A stretch of 64,000 bases of DNA from an uncultured Dehalococcoidales bacterium (GCA_964473905.1 CAYYQY010000001.1:2963-66962), one strand, 5' to 3'. Positions 1 through 9,693 are shown, counted from the first letter of the stretch. Notes: a model not told the origin generated them from the letters alone. Numbers and translations are program-made.

Positions 1-81
1 TCAATTACGACTCCCCTGGGCTTTATTTAACCTGATACGGTGAATTTCTTCGCCTGTCCAAACCATACATCACCAAAGCTG

Positions 82-282
82 TTAGTGTATATTCTTTTTT
101 CTGCTGGCAGCTGCCGCCAGAGGCGCTACGGCTATCCAGAACGTGATTGTTATCAGCATAGCCAGAGTGTAGTCGATATCAACCAGACCTATTTTGGGAG
201 CGATTACTCCCCATAGTAGCATCAAGAAAAATGAACTTAGAAAGAAACCAGGAATTGCCGCCAGTATTGTAAAGTAACCCAT
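82..282 (-). CDS. small hydrophobic membrane protein, function unknown
   Basis: 66-aa ORF, almost entirely hydrophobic with two predicted TM helices. AGGAGG-type SD lies ~7 nt upstream of the ATG on the minus strand. Confidence 0.55.
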   Translation of the reverse strand: MGYFTILAAIPGFFLSSFFLMLLWGVIAPKIGLVDIDYTLAMLITITFWIAVAPLAAAASRKKNIH

Positions 283-752
283 TGATTTATCCTCCTTTCC
301 GGAAACCGTCTTAAGTATTTATAATATTTAACTTGTAACAATAAACAACTTCTCTGCACTGCTATTTATTTAGTTCGGCGCCGCATTATACCACTTTGAT
401 TACGGCGTGACCCGAGCTTCTTAATAAAAGGGTATCCGGTAGTACCAGGCGGTGAATATATTGACAAAGTAGGCAAGCTGTGTTAAAACTTCTAACCACA
501 TCATATAAAATTTCATTAAATAATTTTGCAATATTTATTAAATTTAAAAAATGACCGGCGCGGAGGTGACAATCCAACCTGAATAATATGAATAGTTAGC
601 CAGAACGAGTTTTATGTAGCTGTTGACCGAGACCTTTGGTAATTTTACGAAACTCTGTGATAACGGGCATCAAAGATGACCCTAATCAGGCAATGTTATT
701 GGGTAATCGTATTGCAGGAAGCAGTGCTTAATAACTACCCGGAGGTTAATCT

Positions 753-2243
753 ATGGCTACTATAGCTAGGACCATCAAAGAACAGCTCGCCGAGATTGCG
801 GGTAAGGGAAATGTTCTTGACTCCCCGGATGTGATGGAACGCTATGGCACGGATAATAGCGTTGCACGTCCGGGGCTTTTTACTTGTGTGGTTCGTCCCA
901 GGGATGCCAGGGAAACACAGAAGATTATCCGGCTGGCTAATGAGGCCAGGTTTGCCGTTGTGCCACACAGCTCAGGTATTCACTTCAACGGTGATGCCAT
1001 TCCCAAAGTTGGTGGTGTGGTTCTTGACATGGAGCGAATGAACGGCATTACCGAGATAGACGAGGAAAACAGGGTAGCCCATATTGAGGTCGGCGTGACC
1101 TGGGAACAACTACAAACGGCGCTGGAAGCCAGGGGATACCGCAGTGTAATGCCGCTGCTACCCCATGCCTCAAGGTCCGTGATTTCTGATTGGCTGGAGA
1201 GGGAACTGCCGGTGGTTCAGATTCACGAATATGCTGACCCGATGCTGAGTCTGCACGTCATCTGGGGAAACGGCGAGGAATTTGTCACGGGCACAGCGAG
1301 CATAAACACTTTCCGCGACCCGGAGCATCCGGAATGCCTGGCTGATGGCGTGATACCGGACGGTCCGGGACCGATTAACTTTGATGAATTTTTATATGGT
1401 GCGCAGGGGACCATCGGCGCGGTGTCCTGGGGTATAACCAAGATAGAAGAAATCCCCACCATCACCAAGACTTTCTTCATCCCCACACATAAAGCTGAAG
1501 AGGCTATTGAGCCGCTATACAAAATATTACGGCGTAGAGTAGGCTACGAATGCCTGCTTCTTAATAATTTAAACTTGGCTACTATCCTTGCCGAAAGATG
1601 GCCCGCACAATTTGATGAGCTCAGGGATATTCTGCCGCCGTGGACAGTTATACTGGTAATTGGTGCCCTCAAGCGGCGGCCGGAGGAGAAAATAGCCTAT
1701 CAGGAGAATTTCTTACGTGACATGATGCTGAGCTATTTCCCCAACCTTGAGCCGCTTACTACTTTACCCGGGGCAATGATGGTTAATAAACAGATCCCAG
1801 AAATGCTGCGTAAACCCTGGCCCGCGGACAAAACATACTGGAAGCACGCCTATAAGGGAGGCTGCCAGGACTTGACCTTCATGACTACTCTGGACCGGGT
1901 AGAACGGTTCCTCGTCGTAGCAGGTGAGGTTGCCACCCGGTGCCAGTATCCCTATCAAGATATGGGCTGCTATATCCAGCCGGTAGAGAACGGCCGTGCC
2001 TGCCAGTTACAGTTCAATTTCTACTACGACCCCACCAGTGAAGCCGAAAAAAACAAGGTCCGCAGGCTTTATGATGATACGGCGGCTGCCATGCTGGAAA
2101 AGGGGGCCTATTTTAGCCGTCCATATGGTGCAGTCGCCGACATGGTCTACCGCAGAAACGGTGATTACACCTCCATACTCAAGAGAGTAAAAAAGTTGTT
2201 CGACCCCAATAACATAATGAATCCGGGCAACCTGTGCTTCTGA
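753..2243 (+). CDS. FAD-binding oxidoreductase (FAD-linked oxidase, GlcD-like PCMH fold)
   Basis: 496-aa ORF. FAD_binding_4-like N-terminal half (VVPHSSGIHFNGDAIP, VVLDMERMN, VGVTWEQL) and FAD-oxidase C-terminal region. GGAGG SD before the ATG. Confidence 0.85.
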   Translation: MATIARTIKEQLAEIAGKGNVLDSPDVMERYGTDNSVARPGLFTCVVRPRDARETQKIIRLANEARFAVVPHSSGIHFNGDAIPKVGGVVLDMERMNGITEIDEENRVAHIEVGVTWEQLQTALEARGYRSVMPLLPHASRSVISDWLERELPVVQIHEYADPMLSLHVIWGNGEEFVTGTASINTFRDPEHPECLADGVIPDGPGPINFDEFLYGAQGTIGAVSWGITKIEEIPTITKTFFIPTHKAEEAIEPLYKILRRRVGYECLLLNNLNLATILAERWPAQFDELRDILPPWTVILVIGALKRRPEEKIAYQENFLRDMMLSYFPNLEPLTTLPGAMMVNKQIPEMLRKPWPADKTYWKHAYKGGCQDLTFMTTLDRVERFLVVAGEVATRCQYPYQDMGCYIQPVENGRACQLQFNFYYDPTSEAEKNKVRRLYDDTAAAMLEKGAYFSRPYGAVADMVYRRNGDYTSILKRVKKLFDPNNIMNPGNLCF

Positions 2244-2266
2244 ACAACAGCGGTAAGGGGGATAAC

Positions 2267-3556
2267 ATGCCTGAGACCAAGCAATTTACCCTGGGGCTAA
2301 ACCTGGAAGACTACGCCTACGATGCCCGGCATTGCGTAAGCTGCCATCAATGCCGGTGGATAGATCTTAACTACGTGCCCGGTCTTGATTTTTCCTGGAA
2401 GTGCCCACCCTGGCAGTATAAACAACTGGATGCCTATGGCGCCGAGGGCAAGAGCCGAATAGTGTATGACCTACTCAAGGGAAGACTGGACTGGTCTGCC
2501 CCGAAGCTAAAGGACATAGTCTACGAGTGCTGCCTCTGCGGCGCTTGTGATATGGGCTGCAAGCGTAACCTTGATTTCGAAAGGCAGATGATGCTGGAAG
2601 CGCTGCGCGGTAAGTTCGTAGAGGAAGGGTACGGCCCCCTGCCCGCTCATGAACAGTGGACACGTAACATAGAAGCAAAAGGCAACCCCTTCGGTGATGA
2701 ACCAGCGAGACGTTTAGACTGGCTGCCGGCAGATGTTAACCCGCAGGATAAGGCCGACTTGCTCTATTTTGTCGGCTGCCGGGCATCTTTCAGAGATACG
2801 GATATAAGCAAGGCAACAGCCAGGATTCTCTACGCCGCCGGGGCAGACTTCATGCTAATGGCGGATGAGCCGTGTTGCGGCCACTTCTTATTCGCTACCG
2901 GTCAGGTAGAGAAAGCAAGGCAGACAGCCAAAAATAACCTCAAGCTAATCCGGGAGACCGGTGCCAGTAAAGTAATATTCAGCTGTGCCCACGGCTATAA
3001 AACGGTAAAGGTGGATTATCCCAAACTGTTGGGTATCTCCACTTCAGACCTGGGTTTTGAAGTGGTGCACCTGGTGGAGATGGTTGAGGAATGGGTAAAG
3101 GACGGCACCCTCAAGCTAGATAATAAAATCGATATGAAGGTAACCTATCATGACCCGTGTAATCTGGGTCGGCTCAGCGACCCCTGGGTACACTGGGAGG
3201 GGACACGCGGTGAGTGGGGGATTCTTGAACCTACGCGTGAGTTCCGGCGCGGTCTCAATGGCGTCTACGAACCGCCGCGCAGCATTCTCAGGGCTATTCC
3301 GGGCATTGAACTGGTAGAGATGTTCCGCCATCACGAAAATGCCTGGTGCTGTGGCAGTGACGGTGGCGTGAAGCAGGCTTATCCTGACCTCGCTTCGTGG
3401 ACAGCCGGTGAAAGGCTGAGGGAGGCGAGTGCCGTTGGCGCCGAAGCCATCGTATCCTGCTGCCCCGCCTGCCGGGAAAGCTTCAGTGAAGTGGCTGACA
3501 GCAGCATGGCTGTTTTAGATATCACGGAATTACTAATCAGGGCTATGGGGAAGTAA
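2267..3556 (+). CDS. (Fe-S)-binding protein with two CCG cysteine-rich domains (GlcF/HdrD/LutA-like)
   Basis: Frame of ORF 2234-3556. Start moved to ATG 2267, which is preceded by AAGGGGG. N-terminal ferredoxin-like Cys clusters (CVSCHQC, CCLCGACDMGC) and two CCG-type repeats (VGC..., PCCG, DPCN, WCCG, CCPAC). The long ORF overlaps the upstream stop. Confidence 0.85.
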   Translation: MPETKQFTLGLNLEDYAYDARHCVSCHQCRWIDLNYVPGLDFSWKCPPWQYKQLDAYGAEGKSRIVYDLLKGRLDWSAPKLKDIVYECCLCGACDMGCKRNLDFERQMMLEALRGKFVEEGYGPLPAHEQWTRNIEAKGNPFGDEPARRLDWLPADVNPQDKADLLYFVGCRASFRDTDISKATARILYAAGADFMLMADEPCCGHFLFATGQVEKARQTAKNNLKLIRETGASKVIFSCAHGYKTVKVDYPKLLGISTSDLGFEVVHLVEMVEEWVKDGTLKLDNKIDMKVTYHDPCNLGRLSDPWVHWEGTRGEWGILEPTREFRRGLNGVYEPPRSILRAIPGIELVEMFRHHENAWCCGSDGGVKQAYPDLASWTAGERLREASAVGAEAIVSCCPACRESFSEVADSSMAVLDITELLIRAMGK

Positions 3557-3573
3557 GGCCGAGGAGGTTAGAT

Positions 3574-5262
3574 ATGAGCCGGACTACAGCCAAGGAACCA
3601 ATAACAGAAGAGATGTACCGGGCACTGGAGTGTATCGTTGGTCCCAGCTTTGTAACCACCGAGCCAGATGAATGTCAGGCATACACCGGCCGCGGCTGCT
3701 GGATGGAGCTCTACTGGTGGTCAGATATCTCCCGCCGGCCGGCTGGTGTTATTCTACCCGGGACTGCGGTAGAGGTAGCCCGGATAATTAAAGTATGCAA
3801 CCAATATGATATTCCCTATCTTCCCGGCAGCACCTTTGGCTGGATGCCGCTCTCCGGTAGCAATCTGCGCGATGACTTTCTGGTTATTGACCTGAAGCGC
3901 ATCAACCACCTGGAGATAGATGATAAGAATATGTACGCCGTCATCGGACCGGGAGTAATCTATGCCCACCTCCAGGCGGAAGCGATGAAGAAGGACCTCT
4001 ATACTATGCTGCCATCGGGTGGCGGCAGCGTTGGCGTAATAGCCAACCAGCTAACCTTGGGAGTTGGCTCTCTCTGCTACCGGATAACCGCTTCGTCTAT
4101 GCGGCGCATGAACGGGGTGGAATGGGTCAGTCCAGAGGGGGAGATAGTGCGCATGGGGTCTCTGGTAAACGGCAATGATAGTGGTTACTGGCGCGGTGGG
4201 CCTGGCCCCGGTCTCCTCGGCATGTTGAAAGGCTACTCTTCTTGGACGGGCAGCATGGGTATTGTAACCAGCATGGCACTCAAGCTCTACCCGTTTCAGC
4301 CCGAGAGACTTGAACCCGAAGGTATTGGCGGGGACAGTGCCGTTAAGCTGCCACCAAGAATGCTATGGCACAATATCACTTTCCCCACCGAAGAAGCCCT
4401 GCAAAAAACCATGCGTGAACTGGGGAAAGCCCAGATTGCAGCCTACGTAAACCGGGTCTCGGCTTACTGGAGAGACATAGCCAAGTGCCGGGGTACGGCC
4501 GAGTACCGGCGTTTATTCCAGGAATCATGGGGGAAGGTGACACCGGAGACCGTGGCGGCCATGCACGTTGTTCGAGTCCTGCTTATCGGTTATACCTCGC
4601 CAGAACAGCTGGATTACGAGGAACGGGTACTGGCAGACATAGTGGAGGAAAACGGGGGCACCCTGCGCCGCACCCGGCAGACCGATGAATCCTGTTTCCT
4701 GTATGCCAATGCCCCGGACGTATGGGTAATGACCGGAAACTGGGCGTTGATTACGGTAGGTACCGAGAGCCTGAGATGCGCCCTTAAAATGGGTGACGAT
4801 TTTCATAAAAGGTGGACTGAGGGCTATTTGAATGACGCTATGGACCAGCACCGCGAGATTCCCTGGTATATGCCCCTGGACTTCGCCCGCGCTGCCTACG
4901 CCGAGACAGACACCTATGCCGATTCCCAGAAGCTGGACCCGGAACGCCCCGAGTTTGACGAGGGAATACTGCGTAGACAGCTACAGTTTTTTGAGTCGGT
5001 AATGCCGTCCATAGAGGCAACGACCGGTTGGCCTTCCTTTTTCAGCACATACACCAACTGCAGCTATACCTCCGACGCTACCCGGTTCAATACACCGGTC
5101 TGGGTAGACAGATTTCAAAAGGAGTTCAATCCCATGGGGCTATCCAATACCGGATTTCCCTATTTCGGCGATAAGCATGCCGCCATTATGCCCGAAATAA
5201 TAACGGATGAAGTCAGGGATAAAGTTAAGGAAGTGCAACAGGCCCGCTGGCGAGGCCTTTAA
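3574..5262 (+). CDS. FAD-binding oxidoreductase, long divergent paralog (GlcE/GlcD-like)
   Basis: 562-aa ORF with GAGGAGG SD. FAD_binding_4-like region (PAGVILPGTAVEVARIIKVCNQYDIPYLP, LVIDLKRINHLEID). Confidence 0.75.
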   Translation: MSRTTAKEPITEEMYRALECIVGPSFVTTEPDECQAYTGRGCWMELYWWSDISRRPAGVILPGTAVEVARIIKVCNQYDIPYLPGSTFGWMPLSGSNLRDDFLVIDLKRINHLEIDDKNMYAVIGPGVIYAHLQAEAMKKDLYTMLPSGGGSVGVIANQLTLGVGSLCYRITASSMRRMNGVEWVSPEGEIVRMGSLVNGNDSGYWRGGPGPGLLGMLKGYSSWTGSMGIVTSMALKLYPFQPERLEPEGIGGDSAVKLPPRMLWHNITFPTEEALQKTMRELGKAQIAAYVNRVSAYWRDIAKCRGTAEYRRLFQESWGKVTPETVAAMHVVRVLLIGYTSPEQLDYEERVLADIVEENGGTLRRTRQTDESCFLYANAPDVWVMTGNWALITVGTESLRCALKMGDDFHKRWTEGYLNDAMDQHREIPWYMPLDFARAAYAETDTYADSQKLDPERPEFDEGILRRQLQFFESVMPSIEATTGWPSFFSTYTNCSYTSDATRFNTPVWVDRFQKEFNPMGLSNTGFPYFGDKHAAIMPEIITDEVRDKVKEVQQARWRGL

Positions 5263-5337
5263 TCCTGAGCTAAAGGTAACAGGCTCATTTTCGAGTAATC
5301 ACACAAGCTGGGCAAATGAAGGAGGTTAACAGGAATC

Positions 5338-6888
5338 GTGGCTGAAAAATACGATGTAGTTATTATCGGTGCCGGGGCGGCGGGGCTCACCGTTGGCGCC
5401 ATCCTGTCGGCCAGAGAGCAAAAGAAAGTCCTGGTAATAGAGAAGGAAGAGGCGATAGGCGGACGTCTGGCTTCGTTTGTGGGTGGCAAAAAAGGTGTTT
5501 CCTTCCTGGGGAAAGAGCTAACCATCCCGGAGTACGAGAAAGTGCTTGGCTCGGTGAATACCTGGGTGGTTCGAGCCAGCCCTGACCTGCCAGCTATCTG
5601 GGAACAGGGACTGCTGGATGGCTATACCTTTGAGGCCGGTGTCCATGCCACTTTCTGGGGGGATAAGGGCCGGGTAGCCTGTGTGCTTGATTACCTGGGT
5701 AAGCACAGTGACCTGCCCGGTAACGAAGGGTTTGCCGTCATTGACACCAGGGATAACAAGTGGTACCAGGTACAAAGAGGAGGTAAATACGACTGGCTGA
5801 GTGATGAGGCTAGCCTGGAGACCAAGACGCTACTTCGGGAAATGACCAGCATGTCCCTGGAAGAAGCGGCCAGGTACGACCTTATCTCTTTCGGACAGTG
5901 GCTTAACGAGCACACTAAAAACCGCGAGGTCTATGAGTATCTGGCAGCGCTCGCCTCCATTCACATGGTCATGGGTGAGCCTGACATGATGCCGGCTGGC
6001 GATTTTCTTAAGTTCATGGCGGTGGCCAGTGATATCGGCATGAACCTGATAACGGGTTCCACCGGCACCGCCGGACCGCCGGGCTTTGTTGACGTTGCCG
6101 TGAAACTGGCCGGGGCATTCCGTGAAAGCGGTGGTGAAATAATGCTGGGCACACCGGTAACGGAGGTCATGATAGCTGACCAAAAAGCTTGTGGCGTCAT
6201 CATCCAGACTAAAGACGGCCCCCGGCAAATCGAAGCCCGGGATGTTGTCTGCACGGTACCCCCCAATCATATTTTCGGCATACTGCCGGAGAAACACTTT
6301 CCATCCGAGTTCGTTACCGATATTAAGGAGCGCTTCTGGGGTGCCGGCATGCTATCCGGGTATATCGGGCTTAAACGAAATATCATAGAAGACAAGGCCG
6401 TTAATCCCAGAAGCTGGTTACTGGTACCCTCGCTTATAAAAGCTAGCGAGGGCTTTATCGGCGATGTGGATATCATCACTTTTATGTCCTCCAACTTTAA
6501 TCCCCTTAGAGCACCGGAGGGTAAGCACCTGTGGGAGTTCTCCATAGCCCTCACCGATAAAGAGATGCATGACACCGGCAAGGTAAACCGGGTTGTGGAT
6601 GAAGCTACCGCGTTTATGCAGAGAAACTTCCCTGCCTGGCGGGATGACATGGAGTGGGAGCTCTGGACAACATCTGACGAAGGCTACGGTATATGGCCTC
6701 CTATCGGTAAGCGCCGGCCGGACGTGAAGTGCCCCTGGATAGAAGACCTCTACTTCGCCGGTGACAGCTATGGAGCTCACCGCTGGGGCGGCGGCCTGGA
6801 TGCCGCCATCCATTCCGCCGTACTGTGTCTGGATAGACTGGGCAGTATGGATTACTCAACGGAAATACTGCCCGCCTACCACCGGTAG
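5338..6888 (+). CDS. NAD(P)/FAD-dependent oxidoreductase (phytoene-desaturase/CrtI-like amine-oxidase fold)
   Basis: 516-aa ORF with GTG start and GGAGG SD. N-terminal dinucleotide-binding motif YDVVIIGAGAAGL...VLVIEKEEAIGGR and C-terminal FAGDS motif. Confidence 0.8.
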   Translation: MAEKYDVVIIGAGAAGLTVGAILSAREQKKVLVIEKEEAIGGRLASFVGGKKGVSFLGKELTIPEYEKVLGSVNTWVVRASPDLPAIWEQGLLDGYTFEAGVHATFWGDKGRVACVLDYLGKHSDLPGNEGFAVIDTRDNKWYQVQRGGKYDWLSDEASLETKTLLREMTSMSLEEAARYDLISFGQWLNEHTKNREVYEYLAALASIHMVMGEPDMMPAGDFLKFMAVASDIGMNLITGSTGTAGPPGFVDVAVKLAGAFRESGGEIMLGTPVTEVMIADQKACGVIIQTKDGPRQIEARDVVCTVPPNHIFGILPEKHFPSEFVTDIKERFWGAGMLSGYIGLKRNIIEDKAVNPRSWLLVPSLIKASEGFIGDVDIITFMSSNFNPLRAPEGKHLWEFSIALTDKEMHDTGKVNRVVDEATAFMQRNFPAWRDDMEWELWTTSDEGYGIWPPIGKRRPDVKCPWIEDLYFAGDSYGAHRWGGGLDAAIHSAVLCLDRLGSMDYSTEILPAYHR

Positions 6889-6899
6889 TATAAAAGTAA

Positions 6900-7346
6900 A
6901 TGGCAGTTGATAATAGAGGTGACACGGTGAAAATAGAAAGAATTGACCATATCGCTATTAACGTTAGAGAGTTGGGCAAAGCGGAGCGGTTCTTCACCGA
7001 TTTGCTGGGGACAGAATTCAGCAGTTCTGCTGTATTTCGGGAGCTTGATTTAAGGTCATCGATTGAACCCTTTGGCGTAGAGCTGGTCGAACCGCTAACC
7101 CCGGACGGCCCAACGGCCAACGCTATAGAGAAAAGAGGGGAAGGTGTATCCCTGATTTCATTCAAGGTAGAGAGCGTGCAAAAGGCGATAGAAGAGATGA
7201 AATCACGGGGGATAAGGCAGGTAGGCATGGTAGACCGGCCTAAAATGAAAGCGGCCGTATTTCACCCGAAAGATACCTACGGCGTAATGATAGAGTTCGT
7301 TGAATACAAATCAGAGCACCCTGCAGCTAACATTCGTGAGGAGTGA
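6900..7346 (+). CDS. VOC (glyoxalase/bleomycin-resistance/dioxygenase) family protein, methylmalonyl-CoA-epimerase-like
   Basis: 148-aa ORF with IDHIAINV...F and VMIEFVE beta-alpha-beta-beta-beta modules. The alternative GTG at 6927 has a better SD (GAGGTG). Confidence 0.7.
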   Translation: MAVDNRGDTVKIERIDHIAINVRELGKAERFFTDLLGTEFSSSAVFRELDLRSSIEPFGVELVEPLTPDGPTANAIEKRGEGVSLISFKVESVQKAIEEMKSRGIRQVGMVDRPKMKAAVFHPKDTYGVMIEFVEYKSEHPAANIREE

Positions 7347-7504
7347 GAAATAGTCTGCTAACCAATATCTCATAATTATCACCAAGGCAATTAACCCAAA
7401 TAGCCAAAGAGAGGGAACCTTTAAGAGTTAGTCGGAATTGCAGCCGTTCTTATCACCCCCGTAATCCTGAATATGCAATTTATTAACTAATAAGGAGTTG
7501 TTTT

Positions 7505-8830
7505 ATGGAAAAGCATTTAGCTAAAGCATTGGAGAAATTCGCCCAACCGGTTTGCGAACCAAGAGACGAAAACAGACCAAACGAAGATAGACCCATGGTA
7601 GTCAGACCGCCGCTGAGCTCTTCGCAGGTATACCGCTGGATAACCGAGGGCGCTCATCAGGACTACTCATTATGGTACCGCCACCAGCTACAGTGGAGAA
7701 AACTACCGCTGGAACAGAAACACAAGGCGATGTCAAACCGCATGGCACGGGAAGACGGCATGTTCCGTACGCTGCTACCGGAGGTTTACGGTGAAGAGGG
7801 GCTACAGATACTGGATGCGGTTTACGCCAGCTTTGCGCCTGATATGTATTATAGAGACCATGCCCGTGGATTAATAAAAGAGCCGGAGAAGATAGGCCCC
7901 AGGCAGGTAGCATCCTATATTTTGACCAACTACGATATCATCGGCGTCGGACCTCTCATCGTCATGGAGGCATCGGACGAGAGAGTCAGGCTTTGCCCCA
8001 TAGGCCATGATTCAACCGAGCTTTGCTCTTACGGCACGCGTAAAGGCGACTGGAGAATGTGTGCCTACACCGGTGAGTGGGAAACGCAGATTACCAAGCT
8101 CATGAATCCCAAACTGCGGTGCTACACCAACAAAGCCAAGAACTGCGGTGACTGGTGCTGTGAGATAACCATTGAGTGGGATACCGGAGAGGAACCCCCA
8201 AATAATACGCTACCCCCGGTAACCGGCAGACCTGAGCCGGTTAGACCGGAGCTCGAGCATTCCGATGTCTATAACTGGATAGTCAATGGTGCCCCCAAAG
8301 ACGCCAAAGCATGGCTGGACCCTGTTCCCATCCGCCATATACCCATGGACCAGAAGCTTAATATCTGTTCACGAAAGTGGGCGGCAGAGACCGGTGCCAT
8401 GAGAACCATGATGGCCGAGGTCTACGGGGACAAGGGATATGAAACTATAGAGAAAGCCTATGCCAGTATGGCACCGCCTGAATACGAACTCGCCAGGATC
8501 AGGGGGTTAACAGGCGAACCGGACGAGATGGGGCCACTGGAAGCGGCACGTTATATTTGCACACTGTATGATATCGCCGGACGAGCACCGCTATCCATAC
8601 CGGAAGCCTCAGATGAATGTGTCCGCATACAGCACTTTGTCGGTCTTCCGGAGACCTGCTACTATTTGGCGCGTAAGGGAGACTGGCGGATGTGCGTCGC
8701 TGAAACCGCTTTTGAGAGAAATCTAACCAAGATGATGAATCCCAGGCTCAGAGCACAGCGTACCAAGAGCAAGATTTACGGCGACTACTGCTGTGAACTT
8801 ACCATTGACTGGGACCCGGATTTTAAATAG
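7505..8830 (+). CDS. Cys-rich protein of two tandem ~190-aa repeats; each repeat resembles (from memory) the ATC-hydrolase-like domain family
   Basis: 441-aa ORF with AAGGAG SD. Residues 33-226 and 246-437 align end to end. Shared motifs are VRP, VY.WI, EVYG, PL...EASDE.VR, RKGDWRMC, MNP.LR and GD.CCE.TI.WD. Confidence 0.8.
   Translation: MEKHLAKALEKFAQPVCEPRDENRPNEDRPMVVRPPLSSSQVYRWITEGAHQDYSLWYRHQLQWRKLPLEQKHKAMSNRMAREDGMFRTLLPEVYGEEGLQILDAVYASFAPDMYYRDHARGLIKEPEKIGPRQVASYILTNYDIIGVGPLIVMEASDERVRLCPIGHDSTELCSYGTRKGDWRMCAYTGEWETQITKLMNPKLRCYTNKAKNCGDWCCEITIEWDTGEEPPNNTLPPVTGRPEPVRPELEHSDVYNWIVNGAPKDAKAWLDPVPIRHIPMDQKLNICSRKWAAETGAMRTMMAEVYGDKGYETIEKAYASMAPPEYELARIRGLTGEPDEMGPLEAARYICTLYDIAGRAPLSIPEASDECVRIQHFVGLPETCYYLARKGDWRMCVAETAFERNLTKMMNPRLRAQRTKSKIYGDYCCELTIDWDPDFK
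7802..7990 (+). repeat. source copy of a 189-nt dispersed repeat (partner at 9463-9651)
   Basis: Hand alignment at constant offset 1661. 7802-7867 is identical to 9463-9528 (66/66). I counted about 20 mismatches and no indels over the next 123 nt. Confidence 0.9.
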
Positions 8831-8912
8831 CACCGGTTCCGAAATACTCGCCAGAGCCACCGGTTCATACGTAACCATTCTGAGAAGAGGGGCTATGGAC
8901 ACTTTACGTTAT

Positions 8913-9383
8913 CTATTTAGGTGACAAGCTAGCACGCAATGTAATGTCTGTCTTGAAAGGGGCAAAATCAAAAGGCGTCGCGTTTGCATGCGGATATACT
9001 ACTGTCGCCGTGCGTGGACACTTAAAAGTTCTCCACTTGAGACTCGGCGGAGAGAGCTCAAGCCAAGGCTGACGCCGAATAGTTTCATAGGAGACACCAT
9101 ATTCACCAGCAACTTGGCGTATACTTCGAGTCTTATGCCTAACCTTGATCTCCCCCCAAAGGTACGGTAATAGTCGGCGACTTGGTCTGCTGGGGACGGT
9201 AGGATGTGGAGGAGCTTCGACTGGATAACTCTCATCGAAAAGTCTGACATCAGGTTCCATCCCCCCCGGGGTCGCCAGTTCACACCGCCTATAGACACCG
9301 GCACTAACGCCAATCCTACGCAAGTTTACATATAACCTCACCGCATAAACTGACGCTATAGTCCTGCTAAAACGGCACAGCAA
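8913..9383 (-). pseudogene. possible remnant of a recombinase/transposase helix-turn-helix region
   Basis: The 156-aa ORF has no convincing N-terminal domain. It contains the HTH-like stretch KTRSIRQVAGEYGVSYETIRR, as seen in resolvase C-termini and IS630/IS30 N-termini. No SD. It lies inside the rearranged region. Confidence 0.25.
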
Positions 9384-9462
9384 CGTGGTGAAAGAGGCAC
9401 CGGTTTCTCCATAGTTAATAGAAGCTGGTTAACGCTAATCCACTCCAGTCGCTATCCAGTCT

Positions 9463-9651
9463 CTACAGATACTGGATGCGGTTTACGCCAGCTTTGCGCC
9501 TGATATGTATTATAGAGACCATGCCCGTTGACTAATAAAAGAGCCGGAGAAGATAGGCCCCAGGCAGGTGGCAGCCTATATTTTAGGCAATTACGATATA
9601 CTAGGCGTCGGCCCTCTTATTGTTTTAGAGGCATCAGACGAGAGAGCCAGC
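9463..9651 (+). pseudogene. fragment of a paralog of the 7505-8830 gene (equivalent to codons ~100-162) with an in-frame stop
   Basis: Translates as LQILDAVYASFAPDMYYRDHAR*LIKEPEKIGPRQVAAYILGNYDILGVGPLIVLEASDER. The GGA codon of the intact gene is TGA here. No start codon and no upstream or downstream homology. Confidence 0.85.
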
Positions 9652-9693
9652 AAATCGCCCTAGATTTTCTAAAGAACAGCCCTACATCCACTT

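Noticed and set aside
386-577. 63-aa ORF in the AT-rich spacer upstream of the redox operon.
   Set aside because: It has no SD and AT-rich biased codons, and it sits in a probable promoter region. It is treated as non-coding.
7802-9651. The repeat pair could be a diversity-generating retroelement template/variable repeat (TR/VR).
   Set aside because: The substitutions between copies are not adenine-specific (G>T, T>C, C>T, G>A and others all occur). No reverse transcriptase or Avd-like gene is nearby. The second copy carries an in-frame stop and sits outside any ORF.
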